Shown here piece by piece: positions 1-10,215 of a stretch of DNA of 64,000 nucleotides (its first letter is position 1; each line of letters starts with the position of its first letter). Both the position numbers and the translations under genes were made by a program. The notes below the pieces were generated by a model. It did no database searches, was not told where the DNA came from, and saw only the letters and a list, made by a program, of their open reading frames with translations. The stretch comes from Spirochaetota bacterium (GTDB lineage Bacteria > Spirochaetota > UBA4802 > UBA5550), in contig JAXGNG010000001.1 of assembly GCA_040768125.1 (NCBI GenBank), positions 1,351,318 to 1,415,317 of the forward strand, given 5' to 3'.

Positions 1-2
1 TA

Positions 3-251
3 ACGGGCATTCTGAACAAGATCAATCTGTCAGGCGCGATATTCCTGGCGCTGATAGCTATAGTACCCGACATGGTGCTGCGTATTTGGCCGGAGCAGGT
101 GTCGGTTGAGATGGCACACCTATTCGGAGGCACATCTCTCCTGATCATCGTCGGTGTTGCCCTTGATACGCTTCAGCAGATCGAGTCGCAGCTCCTGATG
201 AGGCATTATGACGGATTCCTGAAGGGAGTACATATGCGGGGCCGCCATTGA
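3..251 (+). CDS. secY: Preprotein translocase SecY, C-terminal fragment (gene starts upstream of window)
   Basis: Frame-3 translation ...IFLALIAIVPDMVLRIWPEQVSVEMAHLFGGTSLLIIVGVALDTLQQIESQLLMRHYDGFLKG matches the conserved SecY C-terminus; sits directly upstream of infA-rpmJ-rpsM as in spc/alpha operons. Confidence 0.8.
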   Translation, partial: TGILNKINLSGAIFLALIAIVPDMVLRIWPEQVSVEMAHLFGGTSLLIIVGVALDTLQQIESQLLMRHYDGFLKGVHMRGRH

Positions 252-298
252 TACGGTCATGATGGCGGAGAAACCATGAAAGGGCGGCACACGGGACA

Positions 299-520
299 AT
301 GGCCAAAGAAGAACCGATAGAAGTCGAAGGGGTGGTCGTGGAACCTCTTCCCAACGCGATGTTTCGCGTGAAGCTGGACAACGGCCATGTGGTGCTGGCC
401 CATATTTCGGGAAAAATGAGGATGCATTACATACGGATCCTGTCGGGTGACCGCGTAACCGTTGAATTGTCGCCCTACGACCTGAGCAGGGGCCGGATTA
501 CATACCGTTCGAAGAATTGA
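299..520 (+). CDS. infA: Translation initiation factor IF-1
   Basis: 72 aa; [13 protein letters not shown]...[31 protein letters not shown] is the canonical IF-1 S1-like fold sequence. Confidence 0.92.
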   Translation: MAKEEPIEVEGVVVEPLPNAMFRVKLDNGHVVLAHISGKMRMHYIRILSGDRVTVELSPYDLSRGRITYRSKN

Positions 521-572
521 GTTCTTCCGTGGCGGCCCCGGGTTTTCCCCGGCGGACTTGAAGAGGTACGAA

Positions 573-707
573 ATGAAAGTGAGAGTGTCGGTCAAAAAGA
601 TATGCAATGACTGCAAGGTCATAAAGCGTCATGGCGTCGTGCGGGTTATATGCAAGAATCCGCGTCACAAGCAGCGCCAGAAGGTGAGGACCGTTAAAAA
701 ACATTAA
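573..707 (+). CDS. rpmJ: 50S ribosomal protein L36
   Basis: Small ORF not in the track: [36 protein letters not shown]... with the L36 zinc-ribbon C-x2-C...C motif; position between infA and rpsM. Confidence 0.75.
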   Translation: MKVRVSVKKICNDCKVIKRHGVVRVICKNPRHKQRQKVRTVKKH

Positions 708-733
708 TCGCGAAACAGGATTAAGGGGAAAAT

Positions 734-1114
734 ATGGCACGTATAGCTGGCGTTGATTTACCGAACAATAAAAGGGTTGAGGTAGCCCTGACGTACATCT
801 ACGGTATAGGACCGTCGACGTCCAAGAAAATCGTAAGAGAAGCGAAGGTAGACCCGGACAAGAGGGTAAAAGACCTTGCCGATGAAGAGATCAATGATAT
901 CCGTAAAATGATCGAAAAGCTTACGAAGGTCGAGGGAGATCTCAGGACCGAGGTGGCGATGAACATCAAGCGCCTCATGGACATCGGGTGTTACCGCGGG
1001 ATCCGCCACAGGAGGGGCCTGCCGGTCAGGGGCCAGAACACCAAAAACAACGCCAGGACGAGAAAGGGCAAGCGGGGCGCCCCGGTGGGCGGGAAGAAGA
1101 AATCCCAGAAGTAA
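734..1114 (+). CDS. rpsM: 30S ribosomal protein S13
   Basis: [26 protein letters not shown]... canonical S13 N-terminus; 126 aa. Confidence 0.95.
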   Translation: MARIAGVDLPNNKRVEVALTYIYGIGPSTSKKIVREAKVDPDKRVKDLADEEINDIRKMIEKLTKVEGDLRTEVAMNIKRLMDIGCYRGIRHRRGLPVRGQNTKNNARTRKGKRGAPVGGKKKSQK

Positions 1115-1124
1115 GGAGTAGAGC

Positions 1125-1517
1125 GTGAAAGGCAAGAAAACCAAAACCCGGAAAAAGGAAAAAAGGGTGGTCCCCGTCGGTAAGGCGTTTGTACAGGCAA
1201 CCTATAACAATACCATTATAACCCTCACCGATATGCAGGGGAACGTGATCGCCTGGGCATCCGCAGGCGGCGAGGGTTTCAAGGGGTCAAGGAAATCGAC
1301 TCCCTTCGCTGCGCAGATGGCGGCGAAAACCGCGGTGAAAAACGCCATCGACAATGCCGGTCTTCAGACCGTTGAAGTATTCGTAAAGGGCCCCGGCATC
1401 GGCCGGGAGGCGGCCGTGAGGTCACTGTTCCAGTCCGGCCTGAACGTGACAAGGATCAAGGACGTGACCCCGGTGCCGCACAACGGGTGCAGGCCCAAGA
1501 AGAGAAGAAGAGTATAA
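1125..1517 (+). CDS. rpsK: 30S ribosomal protein S11
   Basis: ...[42 protein letters not shown]... canonical S11. Confidence 0.95.
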   Translation: MKGKKTKTRKKEKRVVPVGKAFVQATYNNTIITLTDMQGNVIAWASAGGEGFKGSRKSTPFAAQMAAKTAVKNAIDNAGLQTVEVFVKGPGIGREAAVRSLFQSGLNVTRIKDVTPVPHNGCRPKKRRRV

Positions 1518-1531
1518 CGGAGTAAGATATT

Positions 1532-2164
1532 ATGGGAAGATATACCGGACCTCGGTGTAAATTATGCAGACGTGAAATGACGCCTCTCATGCTCAAGGGG
1601 CAGCGATGCCTGACGGACAAATGTCCCCTGAAGGGTAAAAAGAAGTATCCTCCGGGACCGCCCAGGAAAAGACGCGCGAAGATGTCCGATTATGCCGTTC
1701 AGCTCAGGGAAAAGCAGAAGATCAGGAGAAGCTACGGGCTGCTTGAAAAGCAGTTCAGGCTTCTCTTCCAGGATGCCCTCCAGAAAAAGGGCGTCACGGG
1801 GGACAACCTGATGTCGCTTCTTGAGCGCCGTCTTGACAACGTGGTTTTCAGGATGGGCTTTGCCTCGTCAAGGTCACAGGCGCGGCAGCTGGTAAGGCAC
1901 AAGCACGTGCTGGTGGACGGTAAATCCGTCGATATCCCGTCGTTCAGGGTGAAGGAAAACAATGTCATCAGCGTCAGGGAAAAGTACGCGACGAACGCTA
2001 TGATAGACGACTCGATCAAGCTTGCCAAGGCGATAGACTCGGTACCCGGCTGGATGGAGGTCGATTTCGAAAAGAGGAGCGGTAAAATCGTGCGACTCCC
2101 CGTTCGGGAGGATCTCACGACAAGCTTCAATGATCAGCTTGTCATCGAGCTCTATTCGAAGTAA
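1532..2164 (+). CDS. rpsD: 30S ribosomal protein S4
   Basis: MGRYTGPRCKLCRREM...QLREKQKIRRSYGLLEKQFR... S4 zinc-ribbon N-terminus and S4 RNA-binding domain. Confidence 0.95.
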   Translation: MGRYTGPRCKLCRREMTPLMLKGQRCLTDKCPLKGKKKYPPGPPRKRRAKMSDYAVQLREKQKIRRSYGLLEKQFRLLFQDALQKKGVTGDNLMSLLERRLDNVVFRMGFASSRSQARQLVRHKHVLVDGKSVDIPSFRVKENNVISVREKYATNAMIDDSIKLAKAIDSVPGWMEVDFEKRSGKIVRLPVREDLTTSFNDQLVIELYSK

Positions 2165-2196
2165 TCCCGAATTTCTGTGCCGCATTATTAACGGAG

Positions 2197-3168
2197 GTGG
2201 AAATGGCTCCACGAAACCTGCTCAAGGGCTTTAAGAGACCGAGTAAAATAACGTTTGAACATGATGAGTTGAAGCCGGACTACGGGCGATTCATCGCTGA
2301 GCCCTTTGAAAAAGGCTATGGTTTGACGATCGGTAATTCCCTGCGCCGCGTGCTCCTTTCGTCGATCGAGGGCGTGGCGATAACGGCCATCAAGATCGAA
2401 GGGATACCCCACGAGTTCGACAGCATACCCGGCGTGTACGAGGACGTCACCCGCGTCATACTCAACCTGAAGAAGCTGAGATTTAAGTATTCCGGTGAAC
2501 TGCAGAAAGTTCTTCATATAAAGAAGACTGGACCAGGAGAGCTCCGGGGCGAAGATTTCAACGTGGATTCGGAAGTCGAGGTCATGAACAAAGACCTTGT
2601 CATCGCCACGATGAACGAGACGGCCGCTATTGACATGGAAGTGCAGATCGAGCGGGGAAGGGGTTACGTCCCCGCCGAGGTCAACAAGTCAAACACAGAG
2701 GCGGTGGGGGTCATCCCCATTGATTCGATATTTTCTCCGATCAAAAAAGTCAACGTCAAGGTCGAGGACACCCGTGTCGGCCAGAGGACGGATTTCGACA
2801 AGCTCATCATGGAGATCTGGACCGATGGATCGATATCCCCCGAGGACGCCATCGCCATCGCGGCGAAGATAATAAAAGAGCACATGACCATTTTCATCAA
2901 TTTCGAGGAGGAGCTCGAGGAAGAGGTCGAGGAAGTCGATGAAAGCATCGAGAAAATGAGGACCCTCCTGGCCAAGTCGATTGATGAGATTGAACTTTCC
3001 GTCAGAGCGTACAACACCCTGAAGAGCCAGGATGTTTCCACCCTCGAACAGCTCGTCAAGAAAACCGAGGACGAGCTGAAGAAGTCGAAGCACTACAGCG
3101 ATTTAGTGCTGGGTGAGATCAAGTCAAAACTTGATTCGTTGCACCTGAGCTTGGGATTAAAGGATTAA
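2197..3168 (+). CDS. rpoA: DNA-directed RNA polymerase subunit alpha
   Basis: 323 aa; GYGLTIGNSLRRVLLSSIEGVAITAIKIEG... alpha NTD motifs and C-terminal alpha-CTD (ELSVRAYNTLK). Confidence 0.95.
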   Translation: MEMAPRNLLKGFKRPSKITFEHDELKPDYGRFIAEPFEKGYGLTIGNSLRRVLLSSIEGVAITAIKIEGIPHEFDSIPGVYEDVTRVILNLKKLRFKYSGELQKVLHIKKTGPGELRGEDFNVDSEVEVMNKDLVIATMNETAAIDMEVQIERGRGYVPAEVNKSNTEAVGVIPIDSIFSPIKKVNVKVEDTRVGQRTDFDKLIMEIWTDGSISPEDAIAIAAKIIKEHMTIFINFEEELEEEVEEVDESIEKMRTLLAKSIDEIELSVRAYNTLKSQDVSTLEQLVKKTEDELKKSKHYSDLVLGEIKSKLDSLHLSLGLKD

Positions 3169-3179
3169 CGAGGTCGCAG

Positions 3180-3791
3180 ATGAGGCACAGGAACAGCGTA
3201 AAACAGCTCGGAAGGACGCATTCTCACCGGAAGGCGATGTTCGCCAACATGGTGACGTCTCTGTTCCGGCATGAAAGGATAGTAACCACCCGCGTCAAGG
3301 GGAAAGAACTGAAAAGGATATCCGAGAGGCTGATCACCCGCGCGAAGAGGAATATCGCCATGGGCGGGTCCGATGAAGCGAGGCAGTTGCACAACAAGCG
3401 CGAGGTGATGAAGGTCATCAAGGACAGGGACATCGTGAAGAAGCTTTTCGAGGATATCGCCCCTCGCTTCATGGAGCGCAAGGGCGGATATACGAGGATG
3501 TATCTTCTCGGCAGGAGGCCCGGCGACGCGGCTGAAATGTCGATCGTGGAGCTCGTGGAAAAGAAGGCCCTGCCCAAAAAGACAGAAGACAAGGGGAAAG
3601 AGGCCGGCAAGGAAACACGGAAGGAAAAGAAGGTAAAGCCGAAAGCCGGGGCTAAGAAGGAAGAGCCGAAGGAAGCGAAAAAGGAAACGCCGAAAAAAAC
3701 AAAGGCAAGTGCTGAAAAGGAAAAAAAGGTAAAGCCCGCTGAAAAGAAAAAAAGCGGCGAGAAGCCCGATAAAGCGAAAAAGGATAAATGA
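3180..3791 (+). CDS. rplQ: 50S ribosomal protein L17 with about 80-aa lysine-rich C-terminal extension
   Basis: MRHRNSVKQLGRTHSHRKAMFANMVTSLFRHERIVTT... canonical L17 core (about 120 aa) followed by a KKEKKVKP-type low-complexity tail. Confidence 0.9.
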   Translation: MRHRNSVKQLGRTHSHRKAMFANMVTSLFRHERIVTTRVKGKELKRISERLITRAKRNIAMGGSDEARQLHNKREVMKVIKDRDIVKKLFEDIAPRFMERKGGYTRMYLLGRRPGDAAEMSIVELVEKKALPKKTEDKGKEAGKETRKEKKVKPKAGAKKEEPKEAKKETPKKTKASAEKEKKVKPAEKKKSGEKPDKAKKDK

Positions 3792-3815
3792 ACCTTTGTG
3801 CCGGGGTGCATTAAA

Positions 3816-3846
3816 AAAGCCGGATGTGAATATCCGGCTTTTTTAG
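3816..3846. terminator. Rho-independent terminator ending the ribosomal/rpoA/rplQ operon (could act bidirectionally for the convergent minus-strand gene)
   Basis: GCCGGAT-GTGAAT-ATCCGGC hairpin flanked by A-run 5' and T-run 3'. Confidence 0.7.
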
Positions 3847-3865
3847 TGACCGCGTTACAGGGTGC

Positions 3866-4735
3866 TCACCCCCCCGCCGTGCCCCCGGGGACTTTCCCCA
3901 GCTTCTTTAATTCCACGCTGTGAATGAGGCCGAGATTGTCGTTGGCGTCCACCTTGTACTCCTCGGGGATCCTGTCGTCATACACGGGGATGATCGAACC
4001 GTGATGGATGTTGTACTTGACAAGGCTTTTACCAAGTTCGTTGATGTTTTTCGTCCTGTGTATTTCGATGCCGTTCTGCTTGGCTTCCCTGCAGATCATC
4101 ACGACGCTCGTGAACCTCGAGATAATGAAATTGATGTTGTTCGGAGTGAGATTCTTCCTCTTCCTGAGCATGGCGATTTCGGGGTCTTCCATGATCTTCT
4201 TCGCCTGGTGGTATTTTTTATAACCCTGGCGGAGATATGATTCGATGCGCTGTCGATCATGGAAGAGATGATATTTCTCAGGGTCATAGGGCTTCACGTC
4301 CCTCAGAGGGTCATAGGGCTTCCTGAAATATTCACCGAAGCCGCTCTTCTTGCTGTACTCGATCAGAATGTTGAACGAGTCCTTGGATGTCGAGTCGAGG
4401 ATTTCCTTGGTGCGCTTCAGGTACATGTTACCGATGGATTCAAGAAGGAGGATGAGGTCCATCTTAACCTTGCCGAACTTGAGGGTGGAGTCGGTGAAGT
4501 TCTGCCCGTAATAATTTTCCCCGGCTTCCTGGAAAAGGGCGGTGATTTCGGCGTATCTCTTTTTAAGTTCGTCATCTCCGAAATTTTCAATCATTATCCT
4601 TACGCTTCTCAGCGTGTCAAGGGTGAAGGTGAAATCCTGGGAGGATTTGACCGCCGGTGAAATCGCGAATGCCGAGAAGACCGGGAAGAGGGTCGCCATC
4701 AGTATGAATAACCCGAGGATCGTTGTCCGTTTCAT
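3866..4735 (-). CDS. Hypothetical secreted protein (signal peptide), lower-GC than surroundings
   Basis: ORF 3866..4813 trimmed to the MKRTTILGLFILMATLFPVFSAFA signal-peptide start at 4735; K/E-rich, no recognisable domain. Confidence 0.55.
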   Translation of the reverse strand: MKRTTILGLFILMATLFPVFSAFAISPAVKSSQDFTFTLDTLRSVRIMIENFGDDELKKRYAEITALFQEAGENYYGQNFTDSTLKFGKVKMDLILLLESIGNMYLKRTKEILDSTSKDSFNILIEYSKKSGFGEYFRKPYDPLRDVKPYDPEKYHLFHDRQRIESYLRQGYKKYHQAKKIMEDPEIAMLRKRKNLTPNNINFIISRFTSVVMICREAKQNGIEIHRTKNINELGKSLVKYNIHHGSIIPVYDDRIPEEYKVDANDNLGLIHSVELKKLGKVPGGTAGG

Positions 4736-4942
4736 GTCGAAATCCTTGCGGTTGATTGTCGCGCCCCGGTGTGCCGACGAGACGGGGCGGCGCACGTTCG
4801 GCGCAGGGAGCAAACATGATAGATGCCCCCTTACTATTTCGGCATCATGCCTGATCTTCTTTATAATAATATGGAAAGATCACGGCGCCGGCAAGCCATT
4901 ATTCGTCATTTGGCCGGGGATAAAATTGAGGGGATGCCGTGA

Positions 4943-5923
4943 ATGAAAAGAAACCAGAGAAAAAAGGTTATTGCATTTTTTGATATTGGTTTTAAGGTTA
5001 GCTGTTGCAATAAGCGCTGGCAAGGGAGTTTTGAAGGGATTATGGACAAGGATCTGAAAATATCGTACCGCCAGAAAAACCAGACGGTGTGCCCGGTGTG
5101 CTCGTTTGAGTTCCATCGAGAGGAGATGTTTTCGGGGGGAGGGAGGCTGATCGCGGGAAGGTTGACCGATGAATTGCGGCGCAATTACGAAGTGAGCAAG
5201 AAATACGGCAAGGTATATCCCCTGGCCTACGTTCTTACCGTGTGTCCCGCATGCCTCTACTCATCTTTCCACAGGGACTTCGAGGCGCTGGACGCGAGTG
5301 AGACGATAAGGATCCGGGACCTGGGCAGCGCCCGGAAAAACGCCGTGGCCAAGTTCTTCGGCTCGCTTGATTTCAACGCCGACAGGGGCCTACCATCGGG
5401 CGCGGCCTCCTACATGCTAGCCGTTGATTGCTACAGCTATCGCGGGAAAAAGGTTGCGCCGACCTTCAAGATCGCCCTTTCGTCGATACGGGCCGCATGG
5501 CTCTTCACTGACCTGGCGAGGGAAAATCCCGAGGGGCATTTTGCGAAGATCGCGGCATTTTTTTACAAGAAAGCCTACCAGTCGTACGTGCAGCTTCTCG
5601 ACATAATGCAGACGGGCGCCGAGCCCATGGACGCGGTCGGCAACATGGGGCCCGACACTGATAAGAACTGGGGATACGAGGGAGTACTCTACCTCACCGC
5701 GGTCCTGACGGTGAAGGTGGGCATAAAGGAAACCGATCCTGAAAAACGCATGGAGAATTTCGCGAAATGCAAGCGTTATCTCAGCCGCCTCTTCGGCTCG
5801 GGAAAGACCTCGAAGTCGAAGCCGAGCGAGCTCCTCGATAAAACCAAGGACCTCTATGATAAAATAAACGAGATGATCGATGAATGGAACAGGGAAACGG
5901 CGTCGAATGCACCGGGAGAATAG
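4943..5923 (+). CDS. Zinc-ribbon/TPR-like protein, DUF2225-like (start may be the internal MDKDL)
   Basis: Two CxxC pairs (CPVCSFEF...CPACLYS) about 45 aa apart followed by an alpha-helical domain; architecture recalled for DUF2225; overlaps truA start by 40 nt. Confidence 0.45.
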   Translation: MKRNQRKKVIAFFDIGFKVSCCNKRWQGSFEGIMDKDLKISYRQKNQTVCPVCSFEFHREEMFSGGGRLIAGRLTDELRRNYEVSKKYGKVYPLAYVLTVCPACLYSSFHRDFEALDASETIRIRDLGSARKNAVAKFFGSLDFNADRGLPSGAASYMLAVDCYSYRGKKVAPTFKIALSSIRAAWLFTDLARENPEGHFAKIAAFFYKKAYQSYVQLLDIMQTGAEPMDAVGNMGPDTDKNWGYEGVLYLTAVLTVKVGIKETDPEKRMENFAKCKRYLSRLFGSGKTSKSKPSELLDKTKDLYDKINEMIDEWNRETASNAPGE

Positions 5924-6681
5924 CCCTCACGATCCAGTACGACGGCACGAAATTCAACGGCTGGCAGATACAGAACGGCGGGGTTACGGTCCAGGGAGAA
6001 ATTGAAAAAGCCCTCCGCATTTTTTTCAGGCAAGAACTGCGCGTCATGGGATCCGGCAGGACGGACGCGGGGGTCCACGCGCTGGGCCAGGTCGCGCATT
6101 TCGACGCGCCCGAACCGGTATCGCTCCGCCGCCTCTGCATAGCCCTGAACGGCATCCTTCCAAGGGAGGTGGCGATTACAAACGCGTACCGGGTGAAAAG
6201 CGATTTCCATTCGCGTTTCGGCGCAGTCGCCCGGGAGTACCGCTACGTTATTTATAACCATCCCCTGAAGTCGCCCTTCACCGCGTACCGTGCCATGTGG
6301 CTCCATGACAGGCTGGATCCCGATTATCTTCGCGCGGCGAGCGCGCATCTCCTGGGGGAAAAGGATTTTGCGTCTTTCTGCAAAAAGAGTGAGTCGAAGG
6401 GAATAAGTACCGTGCGGCGCATCACCTCGATTGATATCCGGAAGAAGGGGGACTGGATATTTTTCGAGATCAAGGGGAGCGGTTTCCTTCACCACATGGT
6501 GCGGATCATAATCGGGACCCTCGTCGATATGAGCAGGAAGCGAGCCGAACCATCGATGATGGCGGATATCATGGAGAGGAGGGACCGCGTCTTCGGCGGT
6601 TTTACGGCCCCCGCTTACGGACTGTATCTGAAAAGGGTCTTCTACTATCCACCGCTTGAATCGATGGAATCGGCCTTTTAA
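5884..6681 (+). CDS. truA: tRNA pseudouridine(38-40) synthase TruA
   Basis: RIALTIQYDGTKFNGWQIQ...GSGRTDAGVHALGQVAHFD catalytic Asp motif; 265 aa. Confidence 0.85.
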   Translation: MEQGNGVECTGRIALTIQYDGTKFNGWQIQNGGVTVQGEIEKALRIFFRQELRVMGSGRTDAGVHALGQVAHFDAPEPVSLRRLCIALNGILPREVAITNAYRVKSDFHSRFGAVAREYRYVIYNHPLKSPFTAYRAMWLHDRLDPDYLRAASAHLLGEKDFASFCKKSESKGISTVRRITSIDIRKKGDWIFFEIKGSGFLHHMVRIIIGTLVDMSRKRAEPSMMADIMERRDRVFGGFTAPAYGLYLKRVFYYPPLESMESAF

Positions 6682-6789
6682 TTCCCCTGGGCAAGGTTAT
6701 TTAATTGACAATAATCGCCTCATCGTGAGTAGTACCGTTGAATTCTGTAACATAACGCCACGGCAGATCACAGACAACGTAAACAGAAT

Positions 6790-7353
6790 ATGAAACGTGG
6801 AATCATCTTCCTGGCCGCTGTAGCGGCATTCATTGTAAGCGCGCTCCCAGCCCAGGCCTACCGGGAGCGCAAGGATCATTTTTCCCGGCCGCAGATCGGG
6901 GGATGGTTCGGTCCTGTCACGCCCCTGGGCGAAATAGCCAAGAAGGTGGAGACGAACCTCGGGGGCGGCGCCTTTGTGAGGATGACGCTCCCCTACCGCT
7001 ATCTCAAGCTGGGAGTCGATTCCTCGTATCAGAAGTTCAAATCGCAGGGCGTATCGGAACTGCAGTTCGTTCCGGTGTACGGGAACGTGCTCTTCCAGAT
7101 ACCGGTCGATTTCGCGGTGCGGTTCCAGTTCAAGGGGGGCATGGGCGCCGGCTATCTCCATCTCAAGCCGGACAACTCTGATCTCTGGGACCCGATCTTC
7201 ATGGCGGGCTTCGAGGTCTCGTTCCCCGCAGGCAGGATCGTCAACATCGGGCTCAGGATCGACTACATCTACATATACGAGGGGCACCTGAAGGGCTCGA
7301 AACATGGCGGGCATATCCTGAACACCGGCATTCAGCTCTATTTCAACATATGA
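6790..7353 (+). CDS. Putative small outer-membrane beta-barrel protein (signal peptide)
   Basis: MKRGIIFLAAVAAFIVSALPAQA signal peptide, alternating amphipathic beta-strand pattern, aromatic-rich C-terminus; preferred over the longer antisense ORF 6697..7497. Confidence 0.55.
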   Translation: MKRGIIFLAAVAAFIVSALPAQAYRERKDHFSRPQIGGWFGPVTPLGEIAKKVETNLGGGAFVRMTLPYRYLKLGVDSSYQKFKSQGVSELQFVPVYGNVLFQIPVDFAVRFQFKGGMGAGYLHLKPDNSDLWDPIFMAGFEVSFPAGRIVNIGLRIDYIYIYEGHLKGSKHGGHILNTGIQLYFNI

Positions 7354-7369
7354 ACACCGGGGATGTCTC

Positions 7370-8767
7370 ATGAAGACTGCAACGCATATCAGGACATGTA
7401 TCATTCTATTTTTCACGGCACTCGCCGCAGGGTGCGGTGACAGGCCCCTCCTCACGGAAATGGGCACCAACCGCCTGATGGTGGTCCTGAAGGGCACCTA
7501 CGAATCGGACAGCCCCATGCCCTGGTCCATGCCGGATCCGGATCCGCTTGACCTGGACTATAATACATTGCTGCTGGACGATTCCGTGGACGACTGCGAC
7601 GGGGTGGGACCGAATCCATCATTTTTAATGATGGACATCGCTGAGTTGAAGCTATTAGACTCGAAGGGTAAACAGTATCGTTTCGCGAACTACCGGCAGA
7701 CCTTTGCGTTTCCCTTTTCCGACCTGGAGCCGTTTTTTAGCGGCATCGGGGTGGTCCTCGAAAACGACGATGTTCCCTTCAAGAAAGAGCCCTACGTGGC
7801 AGTGGGACTGTATATACGCAAGATGCTGACGGACAACGCGATAAGGTTTTATCCCAGCGAAGATGGATGGAAATCCCTTTACATGTGGGACAGCTTCGAC
7901 AGCGAGGACCTTCCGAGCTTTAACTTTAACAAGTTCCAGATCCATTCATTCTACGATACCCTCAGGTTCGAGAAAGCCTACATCAACAGGGTATATCCAC
8001 TGATCGTTCCTATCACGGACCTTGACACGGGGAATCTCGGTTTCTTTTTCAACAAGACGCCCCCCCTTACCGTGCTTGAGATACGGATGGTGGTGAAGAA
8101 TTTCGTGAAGAAATACGAGTACGAATCATATCCGAACCAGGTGCACTACTTCGCCCTCTCGGACTGGCTCCAGAACGTGGAGCCCGAAGAGATGAATATC
8201 GGCGGCAACATTATTACCGTCGTAAGGACCTACGTCCCCGGGATGACGGGGACGATACGCGGTTCGAATGGACCGGAAGCGCGCCATATCATCGCCGTTC
8301 CGCACGGGGCTGATATAAGCCTGTACACACTAAATACCGATCCATATGGGACCAGTTTTGGAGACGACGTGAGGACAAATAACCCCTGCAACCTTCCCAT
8401 GGGTCCTGGCTTGTATCTCGGAACCAGCATATCGCTGGCCCTGGATTATTATTTGGAAGTTGAAAAAAATAAAAAAACATGGAATGACCGGGTCCCAGAT
8501 CGATGCGGTGATTTCGCCACCTATCAACAGAACTGGAACACCTTCGCGCGGGAAGTCGGCAGTGATTTCAGGCTCCCCCCCCTTGCGGTGTATGCCGAGG
8601 AAAATATGGATTTCACTATTAGCAACGTTCCTCCCGGGCGCTACGATCTCTACCGTGCCAACGTGGATCCGGTATACGGTCGGCTCTACGAGGACGGCGA
8701 ATTCACCCCGTACGGATCCAATCCCGTCACCGTAAGCATCGGATCGGTAACTGACGTCTCTTTTTAA
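7370..8767 (+). CDS. Hypothetical lipoprotein (465 aa)
   Basis: Lipobox LAAGC after signal peptide MKTATHIRTCIILFFTA; no recognised domain. Confidence 0.6.
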   Translation: MKTATHIRTCIILFFTALAAGCGDRPLLTEMGTNRLMVVLKGTYESDSPMPWSMPDPDPLDLDYNTLLLDDSVDDCDGVGPNPSFLMMDIAELKLLDSKGKQYRFANYRQTFAFPFSDLEPFFSGIGVVLENDDVPFKKEPYVAVGLYIRKMLTDNAIRFYPSEDGWKSLYMWDSFDSEDLPSFNFNKFQIHSFYDTLRFEKAYINRVYPLIVPITDLDTGNLGFFFNKTPPLTVLEIRMVVKNFVKKYEYESYPNQVHYFALSDWLQNVEPEEMNIGGNIITVVRTYVPGMTGTIRGSNGPEARHIIAVPHGADISLYTLNTDPYGTSFGDDVRTNNPCNLPMGPGLYLGTSISLALDYYLEVEKNKKTWNDRVPDRCGDFATYQQNWNTFAREVGSDFRLPPLAVYAEENMDFTISNVPPGRYDLYRANVDPVYGRLYEDGEFTPYGSNPVTVSIGSVTDVSF

Positions 8768-8988
8768 CGGACCACCAAAAACTCCCGCTGTTTTCACTTT
8801 CGGCCCCTGATGGAATGCCGACATTGTTGTGCACAATGCGTTTATCCTGTGGGTGTTCCATCCTACGTTTCGAAATTTTTTCTTCCTCCCAATATTGTAA
8901 TTGACCCTTCCGCTCGGCCCCGGTACTCAAGTCCTTCAAACCGTTCCTGAAGCGAACCGGGCCGGGGGACGTTATACCGGGGAAAGCC

Positions 8989-10215
8989 ATGTCAGATTCA
9001 CAGATAATCGTACAAAAATACGGGGGCACGAGCGTCGGTTCCGCCGAGCGGATCAGGGCCGTGGCGGAGCGAATCAGGGGATACGTGGAAAGAGGTCGTT
9101 CTGTCGTGGTGGTCGTCTCGGCCATGGGCAAGACCACGGATGAGCTGGTTTCCCTGGCGGCCCAGGTGGCGAGCAGGCCCAGCAGCAGGGAGATGGACAT
9201 GCTCCTCTCAACGGGGGAGCAGGTATCAATCGCACTCCTGGCCATGGCGCTCCACGACATCGGCGTGGACGCCATATCCTACACGGGCTCACAGATCCGC
9301 ATGGTGACGGACGGCAATTTCAGCAGGGCGAAGATCGAAAGCATCTCGACCGAAAGGATCATGAAATCTCTCAACGGGGGGAAGGTCGTGATCGTGGCGG
9401 GGTTCCAGGGGATCGACGCCGATGACAACATCACCACCCTGGGAAGGGGCGGTTCCGACACCTCGGCCGTCGCGCTGGCGGCGGTCCTCGGGACGCGCGA
9501 CTGCGAAATATACACGGACGTAGACGGCGTCTACACGGCGGACCCCCGCATCATAAGCCGTCCTCTCAAACTCGGAGAAATAAGCTATGACGAGATGCTT
9601 GAGCTGGCCAGGCTCGGCGCCGCGGTCCTTCACTCGCGTTCAGTTGAATTCGCGAAGAAGTATGGCATCAGGTTGCATGTCCGGTCGAGTTTCAATTTCG
9701 AAGCGGGCACCATTGTAATGCCCAAGGAGGAAATGGTGGAAAAGTTTGTGATCAGCGGCGTGACCGCCAAGCGTGACGAGGCGAAAATCACCATCAGGGA
9801 TATTCCGGACAGGCCCGGAATCGCGGCGCGCGTCTTCGGGCATCTCGGTGCGAACAGGATATACGTAAACATGATCGTCCAGTCCACGGGAAGGGACAAC
9901 AGGGCGTCCATATCCTTCACCGTGCTGAAGAACGATCTTGACCGGGCCATGGAGCTCTGTGGAGACCTCAAGCAGGAACTGGGCGCCTCAGAGGTCGATT
10001 CAAAGCCGGATATCGCGATCGTTTCCGCCGTGGGGGTGGGCATGCTTTCCTCCTACGGCGTCGCGGGCAAGATATTCTCCATGCTCTCCGAGCAGAACAT
10101 CAATATCGAGATGATATCCACGTCGGAAATTGGCATCTCCTGCGTCATAGATGACATGTACGCGGAACTGGCGCAGAAAGTGATACACAAGGCCTTTATC
10201 GAGGCGGAGGGCTGA
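8989..10215 (+). CDS. lysC: Aspartate kinase (monofunctional, with ACT domains)
   Basis: IVQKYGGTSVGSAERI...VVVVSAMGKTTDEL kinase N-terminus; C-terminal tandem ACT domains. Confidence 0.9.
   Translation: MSDSQIIVQKYGGTSVGSAERIRAVAERIRGYVERGRSVVVVVSAMGKTTDELVSLAAQVASRPSSREMDMLLSTGEQVSIALLAMALHDIGVDAISYTGSQIRMVTDGNFSRAKIESISTERIMKSLNGGKVVIVAGFQGIDADDNITTLGRGGSDTSAVALAAVLGTRDCEIYTDVDGVYTADPRIISRPLKLGEISYDEMLELARLGAAVLHSRSVEFAKKYGIRLHVRSSFNFEAGTIVMPKEEMVEKFVISGVTAKRDEAKITIRDIPDRPGIAARVFGHLGANRIYVNMIVQSTGRDNRASISFTVLKNDLDRAMELCGDLKQELGASEVDSKPDIAIVSAVGVGMLSSYGVAGKIFSMLSEQNINIEMISTSEIGISCVIDDMYAELAQKVIHKAFIEAEG

Noticed and set aside
6697-7497. 266-aa antisense ORF covering the putative outer-membrane protein gene
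   Set aside because: Arg/Pro/Val-rich composition typical of GC-rich antisense frames. The plus-strand ORF has a clean signal peptide and beta-barrel-like pattern.
8768-8988. Possible lysine riboswitch (L-box) upstream of lysC
   Set aside because: The 220-nt leader does not show the conserved L-box helices or sequence blocks that I can recognise. It cannot be excluded without a covariance-model scan.
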